A DNA stretch of 64,000 bases from Polyangiales bacterium (GCA_045106895.1 JBGCFM010000157.1:4151-68150), one strand, 5' to 3'. Positions 46,041 to 56,774 are shown, counted from the first letter of the stretch. Numbers and translations are program-made. Notes: generated from the sequence alone by a model not told the origin.

Positions 46041-48562
46041 AGCGCGCTGAGGAGCGCTCCGAGTTCTTCGTGCAAGTCCCGAACGCCGGCTTCGTCCACA
46101 ACGCTGACGCGGCCCCTTTCAATGCGGAGCAGGCCCATGTTCTTGAATGCCTTGAGCGCGCCTTCGAGCTTTGGGTTGCTGATGGCTTCGCGGAGCTCGA
46201 TCTCGCCGGCTAGATACATGCGCTGGCCCCAGTCCATGGAACGTTTGAGCCACTCCTTTTCCATGAGCCCGTCGTTCTCTTGGCAGCTGCGCAAGGCCAG
46301 CCGGTAACACTCCAGGTAGGAGCGAAGCATCTCTGCGTGCAGGCGCGCGCGCTCTCCCGGCTTTCCGCCGGCGCAGCGGTAGGTATTGTCACGGGCCTCT
46401 ACATCGCCTTCGTTCGTCATGAGCGCGAGAGTCGCGTCGAGGATCTCCGAAAGCGGAGCGTCGGCGCGGTACATGAACTCGTACTTGAACACCCGCGAGA
46501 GCCTAAGCATTTGCGCCTCGAGCTCCTGCCGTCCGAGGGGCGCGGGCTCCTTTAAGAGGATCGCCGAGGTGAGGGCGCGCGGCACGAAGAAGTGCAGGAC
46601 GTTGTTCTTGTAGTACTCCAGTGCCATTCGCCGCTGGTCGGGGACCTGGTAGACGACGGCGTCTCCCGAAGCGCGGCGGATAAGTCCCGAGTCGAGGAAG
46701 AGCGCCACGGCTTCCATCAAGGTGTCGCGTCGCAGCTCTCCCCCGGAGTCACGGATCGCGACGGCGCTCTGAGCGCCCGCGCTCTCCAAGCTCTCGAGGA
46801 TGGTGGCGCAGCGCGCGTAGAGATCGCCGTCGCTCATCGCGCGGCGGCGGTGTGCCAGGAGGGTGGTGGCCACGAGCGCGGCGGGCGTGACGACGGTGAC
46901 GCGGTTGATCTCGTAGCTGACTCGGTGGGCAAGCTCCTGAACGAGGGCGCGTTTGTCTTTGGGTTTTTGTAGGTCTCGGCCGTGTTGAAGCTCTTCAAAG
47001 GAGAGCACCTCGCCGAACTGAACGTAGAGTCGCCCGTACTTGCTGCGCAGCACCTTGGGCGTTCGGAGCAGTCCACCGACGCTCTCGCTTTCTTTCTCTC
47101 CGCCGCTCAGCTCATGAACGTAGGAGCGCTCTTCAACGATCCGCTCATAACCGATGGACACGGGGACGAACTTCACGTCGCGCAGAGGCGTCTTCGCCGC
47201 GGCGTCGATGACCATCGAGAGCAAGCCGAGCTTTGGAGTGAGTAGCTTCCCCGTTCGTGAGCGTCCGCCCTCGATGAAGAACTCCATCGCGTGTCCCGTC
47301 GCGAGGAGCTTGCGCATGTAGGCGTCCACCAGAGCTGCGTAGAGCCGCTTGCCGCGGAAGCTGCGCTTGATGAAGAACGCGCCACCACGGCGAAGGAGCG
47401 GGCCCAAAGGGAAGAACGACAGGTTCTCGCCCGCGGCGATGAGGGGAGGCGCGAGCGCGCGTTGATGAAGCACGTAGCTCAAGACGAGGTAGTCGACGTG
47501 GCTCTTGTGGCTCGGCAAGAAGACGAGGGTCCCGTCTCGGGCGGCATCACGGATGCGTCCCACGCCCTCTTCGTCGACAACAATGCCGTCATAGATTCGC
47601 CGAAAGACCCAGCCGAGAAAACGTCCCAGGAGGCCAATCATCCACGGTTGCTGGTCGGCGGCGAGGCGTCCCAGCATCTTTCGCGCTTCCTTTTCTACGC
47701 GTGCTTCGCTCGTCTCTTCGCTTCGGGCGCGGCCTCGGATGTGCGTACGAACGCGCGGGCTCCGGAGCAGCTCCTCTTTGATGCGGCCCGTCGTTTTCTT
47801 GGTGGGGCCAACCACGAGGCGCCGCTCGCGCTCCATGATGCGGAGAAGCGCATAGCGGACTTTGTCCGCCATCTGGGCGTCGGTGAGATCGAGTCGTTCC
47901 GCCATGAACGCGCGAAGATCCAAGGGCTCGCCGCTGCGTAGGCGCACGTTCCGATAGTTGAAGAGGAAACGAAAGAACGTTCGAATTCGGCCCGGCCACT
48001 CGATGGGTCCGAAGAAGAGATCGACGAAACCACGTTTCTGCGACGGAGGACGCAGATTCCAAACGAAGGTCTGCGGCTGAAGAATCAGCGCCTCGTCCAT
48101 CCGCCGCTGCGCTTCGATGAGTGTGCGGATGAGGTCCGTGTCGAGCTCGCCCCCGCGACGCGAGTGGCGTCCAAAGCGAGGAGGACGCCGCAGAAAAAGA
48201 AGCGCGCTACCTTTCTGTGTGACCACATCTGAGAGCGCGCGATCTTCTGGTTGCTGCGGCTCGAGGCGCATTCGCCGGATGCCTTTTCCGAAGGGTTCCA
48301 GCACACCAAGGCCGAGGTCGTTCACGAAGCGAACGAGGGGCAGGGCGAAGCGTGTCAGAAGCGCGTGAAGACAGAAGAAGTCCAGGAAAGACAGGGACCT
48401 CATGACGTAGACGACAACGCCACCGCGGGCGGATTGACGAACACGCTGGGTCCACTTCTCATCGACTTTGATGTCCGCAAAGAAGCGTCGCGCGGCCCAA
48501 CGAAGAAGCGGGCCGGGCCGATAAGGTCGCGCCATCGCGTTTTTCTGCAAATCGGCGCTCAT
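46037..48562 (-). CDS. plsB: Glycerol-3-phosphate O-acyltransferase
   Basis: PSHKSHVD (HxxxxD), AAGENL, GAFFIKRSF, FIEGGRSRTG, YYKNNVLH. Confidence 0.9.
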   Translation of the reverse strand: MSADLQKNAMARPYRPGPLLRWAARRFFADIKVDEKWTQRVRQSARGGVVVYVMRSLSFLDFFCLHALLTRFALPLVRFVNDLGLGVLEPFGKGIRRMRLEPQQPEDRALSDVVTQKGSALLFLRRPPRFGRHSRRGGELDTDLIRTLIEAQRRMDEALILQPQTFVWNLRPPSQKRGFVDLFFGPIEWPGRIRTFFRFLFNYRNVRLRSGEPLDLRAFMAERLDLTDAQMADKVRYALLRIMERERRLVVGPTKKTTGRIKEELLRSPRVRTHIRGRARSEETSEARVEKEARKMLGRLAADQQPWMIGLLGRFLGWVFRRIYDGIVVDEEGVGRIRDAARDGTLVFLPSHKSHVDYLVLSYVLHQRALAPPLIAAGENLSFFPLGPLLRRGGAFFIKRSFRGKRLYAALVDAYMRKLLATGHAMEFFIEGGRSRTGKLLTPKLGLLSMVIDAAAKTPLRDVKFVPVSIGYERIVEERSYVHELSGGEKESESVGGLLRTPKVLRSKYGRLYVQFGEVLSFEELQHGRDLQKPKDKRALVQELAHRVSYEINRVTVVTPAALVATTLLAHRRRAMSDGDLYARCATILESLESAGAQSAVAIRDSGGELRRDTLMEAVALFLDSGLIRRASGDAVVYQVPDQRRMALEYYKNNVLHFFVPRALTSAILLKEPAPLGRQELEAQMLRLSRVFKYEFMYRADAPLSEILDATLALMTNEGDVEARDNTYRCAGGKPGERARLHAEMLRSYLECYRLALRSCQENDGLMEKEWLKRSMDWGQRMYLAGEIELREAISNPKLEGALKAFKNMGLLRIERGRVSVVDEAGVRDLHEELGALLSAL

Positions 48563-48652
48563 TCCGGCGGACTCTAGCAGTTTTTGGCTGATTTCCAGGA
48601 CTTCCGGCCTGTTCCTGTCCTTCTCTTCGGGTCCTGCCCTTCGCGGGCAGCC

Positions 48653-48681
48653 TTGACACTCCTCAGGAGCCCGGCTAAGAG
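48653..48681 (+). promoter_or_regulatory. sigma70-type promoter of rplM
   Basis: TTGACA-N17-TAAGAG. Confidence 0.55.
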
Positions 48682-48753
48682 TCCCGGCCCCAGAGAAGCG
48701 GCCGTAGGTGAGCTTGTTTTGGCCAAAGTAACGAGAGTCTAAGAGGTTTTTTC

Positions 48754-49182
48754 ATGCGCACCGAGAGCGTATCCACCGCCGACATCAACAAAAACTGGTA
48801 CGTCATTGACGCCACCGATCAGTCCTTGGGCCGACTTGCCTCCCGTGTAGCCAGCGTGCTCCACGGAAAGCACCGCCCCGAGTTCACGCGTCATTCCGAC
48901 ACAGGCGACTTCGTCGTCGTGATCAACGCGTCGAAGGTCAAGCTGACCGGCAATAAGTGGGAAGCGAAGAAGTACCAGCACCACAGCGGCTACCCAGGCG
49001 GTCTCACGACGGAGGCCTACAAGGACCTCGTCCAGCGGAAGCCCGAGTTCGTCATCGAGAAGGCCGTCAAAGGCATGCTCCCGAAGACGACCATGGGTCG
49101 CCTCCAGCTTCGTCATCTCAAGGTATACGCGGGTGAAACTCACCCCCACGCGGCGCAGAAGCCTCAGCCGTTCACGTTCTGA
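48754..49182 (+). CDS. rplM: 50S ribosomal protein L13
   Basis: WYVIDA..LGRLAS..GDFVVVINA..HSGYPGG..AVKGMLP. Confidence 0.98.
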   Translation: MRTESVSTADINKNWYVIDATDQSLGRLASRVASVLHGKHRPEFTRHSDTGDFVVVINASKVKLTGNKWEAKKYQHHSGYPGGLTTEAYKDLVQRKPEFVIEKAVKGMLPKTTMGRLQLRHLKVYAGETHPHAAQKPQPFTF

Positions 49183-49202
49183 ATAAGAGCTAAGGAAGAA
49201 AA

Positions 49203-49613
49203 ATGGTTCAAGCTAAGAAGATCCACAGCCGTTTCTACGGTACCGGTAAGCGCAAGAACGCGATCGCTCGCGTCTTCCTCAAGCAGGGCGGCTCCGGCGA
49301 GATTCGCATCAACGACCGCACCTTCGAGGACTACTTTCCTCGCGACGTGCTTCGCATGATCATCGGTCAGCCCTTCGAGACCGTCGAGAAGACCGGCGCC
49401 TTCGATGTGACCGTCAACGTTTGTGGTGGCGGCGTCGCTTCCCAGGCCGAGGCTGTTCGTCATGGCATCTCCCGCGCTCTTGTTGGCTTTGACGCCGACC
49501 TGAAGCCTGCCCTCAAGCGAGCTGGCCTCCTCACGCGCGACGCTCGTAAGAAGGAACGTAAGAAGCCCGGTCAGCCCGGCGCTCGTAAGAAGTTCCAGTA
49601 CTCGAAGCGCTAG
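49203..49613 (+). CDS. rpsI: 30S ribosomal protein S9
   Basis: [28 protein letters not shown]. Confidence 0.98.
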   Translation: MVQAKKIHSRFYGTGKRKNAIARVFLKQGGSGEIRINDRTFEDYFPRDVLRMIIGQPFETVEKTGAFDVTVNVCGGGVASQAEAVRHGISRALVGFDADLKPALKRAGLLTRDARKKERKKPGQPGARKKFQYSKR

Positions 49614-49645
49614 TACTTCGAAGCGCTGGTACCGACCACAACGAA

Positions 49646-49680
49646 GAACGGCATCGCTCACGCGGTGCCGTTTTCGTTTA
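49646..49680 (+). terminator. Rho-independent terminator after rpsI
   Basis: AACGGCATCGC-TCAC-GCGGTGCCGTT followed by TTCGTTT. Confidence 0.65.
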
Positions 49681-49735
49681 AGCGCGTGGCATGAATGGCG
49701 CGAGCCATCATCGAAAGGTGCGCTATGGTCGGTCG

Positions 49736-50776
49736 ATGACTGAGAGTGCGCCGGTTGCGGCCATTATCGGAGCGAGTGGCTACGGCGGCGCAGAACTGGT
49801 TCGCCTTCTGCTGCGGCACCCCTCGTTTGTCCTTGGCTCGATGTGCGCCCATCGCCGCGCGGGTGAAGAGATCGCGAAGGTCATCCCTTCGTTACGCGGC
49901 ATCGTGGAGGGGGAGTTGCTTCCGATCCGCCCAGACACTTTGGAGTGTGATCTCGCGTTCCTGGCCTTGCCACACGGCGCCAGCGCCCCCATCGCCGCGG
50001 CACTGCGAGAGCGCGGAAAGGTCGTCATCGACCTTTCCGCGGACTTCCGGCTCACGGACAAGGCCGTCTACGAAGACTGGTACGGAGAGCATGGCGCCCC
50101 GGCGCACTTCGGGCAGGCCGTCTATGGGCTTGTTGAGTTTCACCGCGAAGCACTCAAGACGGCGGACCTCATCGCCGTCCCCGGTTGTTATCCAACGGCG
50201 TCCGCGCTCGCCCTCGGACCTCTCTTGGAAGCCGGGCTCGTCGAGTCCGGCGGTCTCGTCATCGACGCCAAGAGCGGCGTCAGCGGCGCCGGCCGGAACC
50301 CCACATCGGCGACTCATCTGCCAGAGAGCGGCGGGGGCATCCGCGCCTACAAACCCGCGAACACCCATCGCCACACGCCCGAGATCGAACAGATGCTCGG
50401 TGAGCTCGCCGGCGAGCCGATTCGCCTCACGTTTACTCCTCACCTCGTTCCGATGAGTCGCGGGATCCTTGTGACGGCATACGCGATGGCGAAACCCGGC
50501 ACGACGCAAGAGCAATGCATGGCTGCGGCAAAAGAGCGCTATGGAAGCTCGCCCGTTGTGGACGTCATCGATGATCTGCCGGACACCAATTGGGTGCGAG
50601 GGTCCGCACGTGCTCACGTCACCTATCGAGTCGACGCGCACACCGGCCGTGTTCTCGCCTTCTGCACCATCGACAATCTCCTGAAGGGCGCCGCGGGTCA
50701 GGCTCTCCAGGCGGCAAACGTGCGCTACGATATGGGCGAAGGGACGGCGCTTCGGGACCCCGGGGCTTGGCCTTGA
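49736..50776 (+). CDS. argC: N-acetyl-gamma-glutamyl-phosphate reductase
   Basis: GASGYGG, FLALPHG, DLSADFR, PGCYPT, SGVSGAG, DNLLKGAAGQA. Confidence 0.96.
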   Translation: MTESAPVAAIIGASGYGGAELVRLLLRHPSFVLGSMCAHRRAGEEIAKVIPSLRGIVEGELLPIRPDTLECDLAFLALPHGASAPIAAALRERGKVVIDLSADFRLTDKAVYEDWYGEHGAPAHFGQAVYGLVEFHREALKTADLIAVPGCYPTASALALGPLLEAGLVESGGLVIDAKSGVSGAGRNPTSATHLPESGGGIRAYKPANTHRHTPEIEQMLGELAGEPIRLTFTPHLVPMSRGILVTAYAMAKPGTTQEQCMAAAKERYGSSPVVDVIDDLPDTNWVRGSARAHVTYRVDAHTGRVLAFCTIDNLLKGAAGQALQAANVRYDMGEGTALRDPGAWP

Positions 50777-50819
50777 CGCGTAGGCAGCCGGGTTTGAACT
50801 CTGCGCAGTCAACCGAAGG

Positions 50820-51731
50820 GTGTCAGACCGTCGAGACCCGTGTGGCAGGCCGCTAGTGCGTTTCCTGCACGTTAGCGACTTGCACGTCGACACCGGGGTC
50901 CATGGGATTCCGCTTCGGGACATGCTCAACAAACGGCTCGTGGGCTGGGCGAACCTTCGGCTCCGTCGTGCCGCGTACTACAAAGACGCCGTTCGTAAGA
51001 TCGAGCTTTTGGCGGAGCTCGCGGAGGAACACAGCGTGGACGCCGTGCTCTGTTCCGGTGACTACACCGTGCTCGGTACGCCCTCCGAGCTACGCAACGC
51101 ACGCGCCGCCATCGAGCCACTCGTTCAGGCCGCGGAACACTACGTGACCGTGCCTGGAAATCACGACGTGTACGTTGATGACCGTGGTGTCTTTCAGGAT
51201 GAGTTTGGCGAGTTTCTAGTCAGCGACCTCCCTGAGTTTCAGGTGGAGGGGCGCTGGCCTCTGGTAAAACTCTATGACGGGGTCGCCGTCGTGTGTATCG
51301 ACAGCACTCGCCCGAACCCGTCGGTGTTCACTTCCGCCGGATACGTGCCTCCCGCGCAGCTCGACGCTCTTCGCCGCTTGCTCGCGTCACCGAAGCTTCA
51401 AGACCGCTTTGTATTCGTCATGACGCACTACGCACCGAGGCTCTCCTCGGGCAACCCCGACACGGTGTCGCATGGCCTGGGCAATGCCGACGATGTGATG
51501 GCAGCGTGCGCCATCAAGCACGGCGCGTTTATCCACGGCCATGTGCACAAGTGCTTCACACTTCGTGTTCCCGAATGCTCAGTGCCTCTCTTCGGCGCCG
51601 GTTCCAGCACGATGAGAGGGCACGAGGGGCTTTGGATGTTCGACGTCGACGCGGCGGGGGCGAAGGCGTTTCGTGGCCGATTTGTCGCGGGTCGCTACAC
51701 GTTGGACAAGGAGCCTTCACGAGAGTGGTGA
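50820..51731 (+). CDS. Metallophosphoesterase (CpdA/Icc-like); start may be GTG at about 50856
   Basis: SDLH, SGD, PGNHD, THY, HGHVH. Confidence 0.85.
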   Translation: MSDRRDPCGRPLVRFLHVSDLHVDTGVHGIPLRDMLNKRLVGWANLRLRRAAYYKDAVRKIELLAELAEEHSVDAVLCSGDYTVLGTPSELRNARAAIEPLVQAAEHYVTVPGNHDVYVDDRGVFQDEFGEFLVSDLPEFQVEGRWPLVKLYDGVAVVCIDSTRPNPSVFTSAGYVPPAQLDALRRLLASPKLQDRFVFVMTHYAPRLSSGNPDTVSHGLGNADDVMAACAIKHGAFIHGHVHKCFTLRVPECSVPLFGAGSSTMRGHEGLWMFDVDAAGAKAFRGRFVAGRYTLDKEPSREW

Positions 51732-51829
51732 GTGCCCGGCGGTGAGCCCTGCAGAAACTGGATCCATTTGACTTACATGTATGACCATGTGGGACAGATG
51801 CCGATTCCGGCGTCGATCTGAGGTCTCCA

Positions 51830-52360
51830 ATGCTTGAATCCGTCGAATTCCTACCTGCTCGCCGCCACTATCATCGCCACGCATTTCAGCTCGAAGTGCC
51901 AATGATCTGTGACTTATGGGACGAGCCGGTCTCCCACCGTACCCGCGACCTCTCGGCTGAAGGTCTCTACATCGAGACGGCGCTTCCCCTCGAGGCCGGC
52001 ACCGAGGTCGTGTTGGAGCTCAGCGTGGCACTTGAGACCCACTTCGTCATCGGCTGTGTCCGTCGCGTCGACTTGGGCGAAGACGGGGGCCGCCCCGGAA
52101 TGGGCATCGAGCTCCTCGACATCGATGAGGGACTCCGTGCGTCGATTGAACGAGCGCTTTCGTGCAAGCCACCTGCGCTGCCTCGTTCTCGGGTGCCCGT
52201 CGAGAAGAAGTTCCTCTGGGTCGACGCGCTCCTCACGTACGAAGAAGACCTCGGCGACCGCGTGAACATCGTGGAAGTCAGCGAAGCGCTCTGTCTCCAC
52301 GAGGACGACCTCTCCGAGGCGCTCGGCGCTGCCACGACGCGCTCAGCACTCTTGTGCTGA
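51830..52360 (+). CDS. PilZ-domain protein
   Basis: RHYHR (RxxxR), DLSAEG, PGMGIE. Confidence 0.78.
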   Translation: MLESVEFLPARRHYHRHAFQLEVPMICDLWDEPVSHRTRDLSAEGLYIETALPLEAGTEVVLELSVALETHFVIGCVRRVDLGEDGGRPGMGIELLDIDEGLRASIERALSCKPPALPRSRVPVEKKFLWVDALLTYEEDLGDRVNIVEVSEALCLHEDDLSEALGAATTRSALLC

Positions 52361-52382
52361 GCGACCTCGTCGAATAACAGGC

Positions 52383-54908
52383 CTACTGAACGCGGATGGT
52401 GCCGGCGTTGATGCGGTTGACGTTGTCTTTGACGCCCCGTGTCACGCTGAGCCGGTTGTTCCCACTGAAGAACCCAATCCACAGCGTGTAGTTGCCGGGG
52501 CGGTAGTTTGCCGGGACCGTGAGAGTCTGGCGGTCCAGGACGATGTCGCCCTCGTCCCAGAGACGAATCGGGTAACGCCCCTCCAGGGGTTCGTGGTCTC
52601 CGTTGAGCCGGTTGCCTTCACCATCGATGTGCAAGAAGATCTGATACGAGCCGGGGATGCTGCGCAGGGCCTTCCAGTGCCACACGATGGTGAACTCCTG
52701 GCCGGCGCCGACGTAGCCGGGCTGAGGCGTCTCTAGGTCGTATCCGACGAGCCCAATCTTGTCGTCGAACTGTCCGTCCACCGGGAACTCAGGCGCTGGC
52801 GCCTCGAAGAACACCGAGTTCGCAATGAAGCTCTGGTTCTCACGGCCCGCCACGTCTTGGCCGGTGATGAGCACGAGTCGCGCGTTCTCCGCGTCTGCCA
52901 CGAAGAGATGGCGCCGCGTCTCCGTTCGGAAGGCGCGGTTGATCGTTGCGAGTTGGTCCGTCGGAATGACCGCCCAAGCGCGCTGCTCGCCGGTGAGGAA
53001 CTCGAGGAGCTGTGCCTGACTCTCGATGTTCTCAGCCTCGCCGTCTGCGTAGTAGGCCGCTGCACGACCGCTCACTCGGTACTCGCCAAGCGGTTCTCCT
53101 TCGGCGTGAAGCTCGTTGTAGGTGTCGTACACTGCCCGCGGCGAGAAGTGCGCGCTCAGGGCGGGCAGGAATCCGAACGAGGTGTAAGCGCCCACGGCGA
53201 GGCCCGCCGCGAGAATCGGCAGTCCGCGGCGCCCATCAAGACGCGAGTAGAGCCAGAGCGCCATCTGGCCGCCGGCGATGAGCACTGGGATAGCGAGCGG
53301 CACGAAGAGAAGTCGTCGGCCCGCGCGAATCGCGATGGAGGTGAGCGGGAGGGAGTCACCCAGCGCGAAGCACGCGCTGCCGAAGAGCGCCATCAGTAAA
53401 AGCACTGTCCCGCCGAGCGACATCCATGCGCGGTTTGGGCTCAGCGTCTTGAACGCTTTGACCACGCCCTTGGCGCGAATGCGTCCGAGGGAGAAGAGCA
53501 GGGCGAGGGCCATGAAGGGCCAGCACAGAACGAAAAGCACAACCTGCCACTTCTTGGCGAAGGGCTCTCGGCCTTGGTTCCAGCGCGCAGCCAAGAACTT
53601 GTAGGGCGCCTTCCAGTCTGGCTTCTCGTTGAACTCGTTGCCCGAGATGAACCCAAGACCCTGCACGACCAGGAAGAGAAGGAGGAACGCGGCCCACTTG
53701 GAGCGTGGGTTGAACACCTCGGGGGTCGTCAGGTCGAGGACCGGCAGGCTGTCCACGGAGGTTCCTGGGAAGAGCGCATAGTCACGCAAGACCAGGACAA
53801 CGAGGAGGGATGCGACGACCGCTTCGCCCCACCAGCTCCGCCCGGAACGCTCCATGTCCCGAAGGAAGAGCGCGATAGCGATGCCCACGGGCGCGACGGA
53901 GTGGAACGTCGATTCGCCGTAGCGAGCGGTGTAGAGCATGAGCGCGCCATACCCGAACGCTGCCCAGAGAAGCAGGGTCACGCGGAAGTGGAATGTGTCT
54001 CCATCGGGAGCCACATCGGCGTCGCCTTTGTCTTCCGACTCTTCCTTTGCGGCTGCCAAGTTGGCGGGGGCGAGCAGGCGTGCGAGGGCGAGCACCATCA
54101 GGCCGGCCCATGGGCCAAAGCCATGGAATACACGCTCAAGGGCGGAATCAAAGGTAGGCGGCTCACCACCGAAGGGAGCGCCACCGAGCCAGGCGCTGTA
54201 GCTGCCTGCATCGGCGTGGATGTCCCAGGCGGTCTTCGCTGTCATCGCGGCGCCGAGGGTGGCGAGTCCAATCAGCGTCTTCTTCTGGAGCGCGTTTTCC
54301 GTGCTGCCAGCCCGTAGTGCAGACACCAGGGCCACGGCTGCGAGCGGAGGAACGATTCCGGAGAGCGCGCCGGCGGCGGAGAAGGCGAAGCCGATGGCCA
54401 CTGCGAGCCCCAGCCCCCAAAGAGCAACGTGCTTTTTCTGGGCTTCGGGAACCTTGGCTTTGCCGAACGCCAGCTGACATGCGCAGAGGCCCACGAAGGC
54501 GTTGGCCGCCATGGCGAAAGCGTCGCCGAACATCCCGCGAGAGTTGAGGAGCACGATGGGCGTGGAGGCAAGGATCCCAGCGGCGTAGAGACCGGCGCGC
54601 TTCGAATCAAAGCGACGGCCGGCGAAGAACGCGGCGAGAAGAAGGAGGAAGCCCGCGAAGGCCATCGGCAAGCGTCCGCTCTCTTCGCTGACGCCAAAGG
54701 CGGAGAAGCTCCGCGCGATGACGGAGCGGGCGAGGGGCGCGTGCCGCTGCACTTCTTCGCTGGCCGTGCCTTCGGACATGGCGCGTGCCTCATCCGCGAT
54801 GTTCAGCTCCCAAGGGTCCCAGATGCCAAATGCGCCGATGCCGACGAGGAGCAGCAGGAGCGGCGGGAGAAAGCCGAGGGATACAGAGAAGCGACGTAGA
54901 AAAGACAT
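52383..54908 (-). CDS. GT-C (ArnT/PMT, GT39-like) integral membrane glycosyltransferase with C-terminal periplasmic domain
   Basis: IWDPWE..AD.AR.M and FGVSE..GRLP; many TM helices; C-terminal beta domain (YQIFLHID..NGDH). Confidence 0.75.
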   Translation of the reverse strand: MSFLRRFSVSLGFLPPLLLLLVGIGAFGIWDPWELNIADEARAMSEGTASEEVQRHAPLARSVIARSFSAFGVSEESGRLPMAFAGFLLLLAAFFAGRRFDSKRAGLYAAGILASTPIVLLNSRGMFGDAFAMAANAFVGLCACQLAFGKAKVPEAQKKHVALWGLGLAVAIGFAFSAAGALSGIVPPLAAVALVSALRAGSTENALQKKTLIGLATLGAAMTAKTAWDIHADAGSYSAWLGGAPFGGEPPTFDSALERVFHGFGPWAGLMVLALARLLAPANLAAAKEESEDKGDADVAPDGDTFHFRVTLLLWAAFGYGALMLYTARYGESTFHSVAPVGIAIALFLRDMERSGRSWWGEAVVASLLVVLVLRDYALFPGTSVDSLPVLDLTTPEVFNPRSKWAAFLLLFLVVQGLGFISGNEFNEKPDWKAPYKFLAARWNQGREPFAKKWQVVLFVLCWPFMALALLFSLGRIRAKGVVKAFKTLSPNRAWMSLGGTVLLLMALFGSACFALGDSLPLTSIAIRAGRRLLFVPLAIPVLIAGGQMALWLYSRLDGRRGLPILAAGLAVGAYTSFGFLPALSAHFSPRAVYDTYNELHAEGEPLGEYRVSGRAAAYYADGEAENIESQAQLLEFLTGEQRAWAVIPTDQLATINRAFRTETRRHLFVADAENARLVLITGQDVAGRENQSFIANSVFFEAPAPEFPVDGQFDDKIGLVGYDLETPQPGYVGAGQEFTIVWHWKALRSIPGSYQIFLHIDGEGNRLNGDHEPLEGRYPIRLWDEGDIVLDRQTLTVPANYRPGNYTLWIGFFSGNNRLSVTRGVKDNVNRINAGTIRVQ

Positions 54909-55020
54909 AAGATTAGCCAAATTCGCGGACGCGGAGTCCGCCGAGGCGGTTGTAGCACGGGAGTTTAGCAACCACCGCACGGCTCCGCCGCATTCCGTAG
55001 AAGCTCCGTCAGGACGTGGC

Positions 55021-56646
55021 CTAGTCCATTACTTCTTCGGCGGATTCCGATTCTTCATCGTCCGCCGGCGCTTCCGCCGGCTCCGGCGACTCCACCTCGA
55101 CGCGCTCCAGCTCCCGCGAGAGCGTCGCCATTTCCCGGCGAAACACCGCTCGCTGTCCTCCGGGAAGCAGGCGACCGGGCCCGTTGATCACCTCCATCGC
55201 GTCGAGGAAGCGGTTCCCACGCTTGAGTCCAAAGTGCAGGTGAGGGCCCGTGGAGCGCCCTGTGGTTCCGACGGTGCCGATGAGCTGCCGCTGCTCGACC
55301 TCGGTCCCAACGGTAATGCCTCGCTGGATTTGGTGGAGGTGGGCGTAGTGGCTCGAGTATCCGCCCGCGTGCCGGATGCTCACGAGGTTCCCGTTGGGTC
55401 CCTTCGCCGAGGCCCAGGTCACGGTGCCGTCCGCCGCTGCCCACACCGGGGTGCCCGTCGATGCGGCAAAGTCGACGCCGTTGTGCGGGACGATACGTCG
55501 GAGGATGGGATGCATGCGTCGCAGATTGAACGGCGAGCTAATGCGGTCGTAGCGCGTGGGAACTCGGAGCCAGCCACCGCGGATGGCGCGCCCGTCTTCG
55601 TCGAACCAGTCGCCGCGTCGTTCTCCCCGCGGATGAAAGAAGTACGCGCGGAGAGTCCCTGCGCGCTGGCCGATGTACTCGATGGCTCGAACTTGTCCGA
55701 AGCGAAGGAACTCTCCGTTGAGGCGCTCTTCATCCACGACAAGGCGAAACGAATCCCCAGCGCGCGCCTGCGTGCTGAAGTTCACCTTGCCGTCGAAGAC
55801 CTCGATGAAGAGCCCCACCGTCTGACGGCCAAGGCCGACGGCGGCGACGGCATCCCCAAGGGAGGAACGCACGACGCCGCCTCGGGTGACTCGATTGATT
55901 TCGAGCGGGATTTCGATGCGTTCCGCCTGAATGGCGTCGTCCGCTCCGACGTCCGCGCGCACGAAGGAGGTTGCGGTGTCGTGGTATTCGAAGCGCACCA
56001 GAGCGCCGCCTTCGCCTCGTTCGACGACGAGGGAGTCCGTCGCGTGGCAGCGCCTGAAGTCCAGCACCTCACCCAGAGCCTGCTCGAGGCGAACGGCCTC
56101 AGCGCCGGTGAGGCCGGAGCTCAGCAATGCAGGACGAAACCCACGGGCGTTTCCAAAGAGCGTCCGCGTTCGCGATGTGGCGCCGTCGGCGGAGGGCGTC
56201 TCGTTTGAACGCTCCACCTCAGGCTCGGCGTCAACGGGATCGTCGTCGCCTTCCGCCATAACCGCCGGGACTTCGACCTCTTCCTTTGGACCCTTCTCGG
56301 CGAGAATGAGCGGGCTCCATTCTTCATCTTCTTCTTCGACGTCCTCGTCACTCGTGCCGCCGGACAACCAAGTCACCCCACCGAAAATGGCGAGGGCAGC
56401 CGCGAGGAGGCCTCCGATAAAGAGCCTGCGCATCCGTTGTTCACGGACACGGCCCGTCAGAATCGGGCGTCGCAGCGAGGGGAGGGGTCTGGCGAGAGGG
56501 TCGTCCTGGAACGCCTTCGACATCGTAGGTTCGCTTGGCGGAAGCGGTTTTGGCTCCTCGGGCTCGTCGACGGATTTCGCCGGCTCCTCTGCGGACTCGT
56601 CCAGCACGGACTCGTCGACCTCTTCCTCGCCCGTTCCCTCCGACAT
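55021..56646 (-). CDS. M23 (LytM/MepM) metallopeptidase
   Basis: HNGVDFAA (HxxxD), YAHL, STGPHLHF; single N-terminal TM helix. Confidence 0.92.
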   Translation of the reverse strand: MSEGTGEEEVDESVLDESAEEPAKSVDEPEEPKPLPPSEPTMSKAFQDDPLARPLPSLRRPILTGRVREQRMRRLFIGGLLAAALAIFGGVTWLSGGTSDEDVEEEDEEWSPLILAEKGPKEEVEVPAVMAEGDDDPVDAEPEVERSNETPSADGATSRTRTLFGNARGFRPALLSSGLTGAEAVRLEQALGEVLDFRRCHATDSLVVERGEGGALVRFEYHDTATSFVRADVGADDAIQAERIEIPLEINRVTRGGVVRSSLGDAVAAVGLGRQTVGLFIEVFDGKVNFSTQARAGDSFRLVVDEERLNGEFLRFGQVRAIEYIGQRAGTLRAYFFHPRGERRGDWFDEDGRAIRGGWLRVPTRYDRISSPFNLRRMHPILRRIVPHNGVDFAASTGTPVWAAADGTVTWASAKGPNGNLVSIRHAGGYSSHYAHLHQIQRGITVGTEVEQRQLIGTVGTTGRSTGPHLHFGLKRGNRFLDAMEVINGPGRLLPGGQRAVFRREMATLSRELERVEVESPEPAEAPADDEESESAEEVMD

Positions 56647-56774
56647 TGCCCGTCGCGATACCATGCACGCCGGCGCCGGCAATTGGCGTGTTCAATAAGA
56701 ACAGCGCCGAGGGGGCGAAATACGACTTCTGGCCAGGTTTTGCCTGGTTTTCGGGGAGGCTGTTGAGGTCCGCG

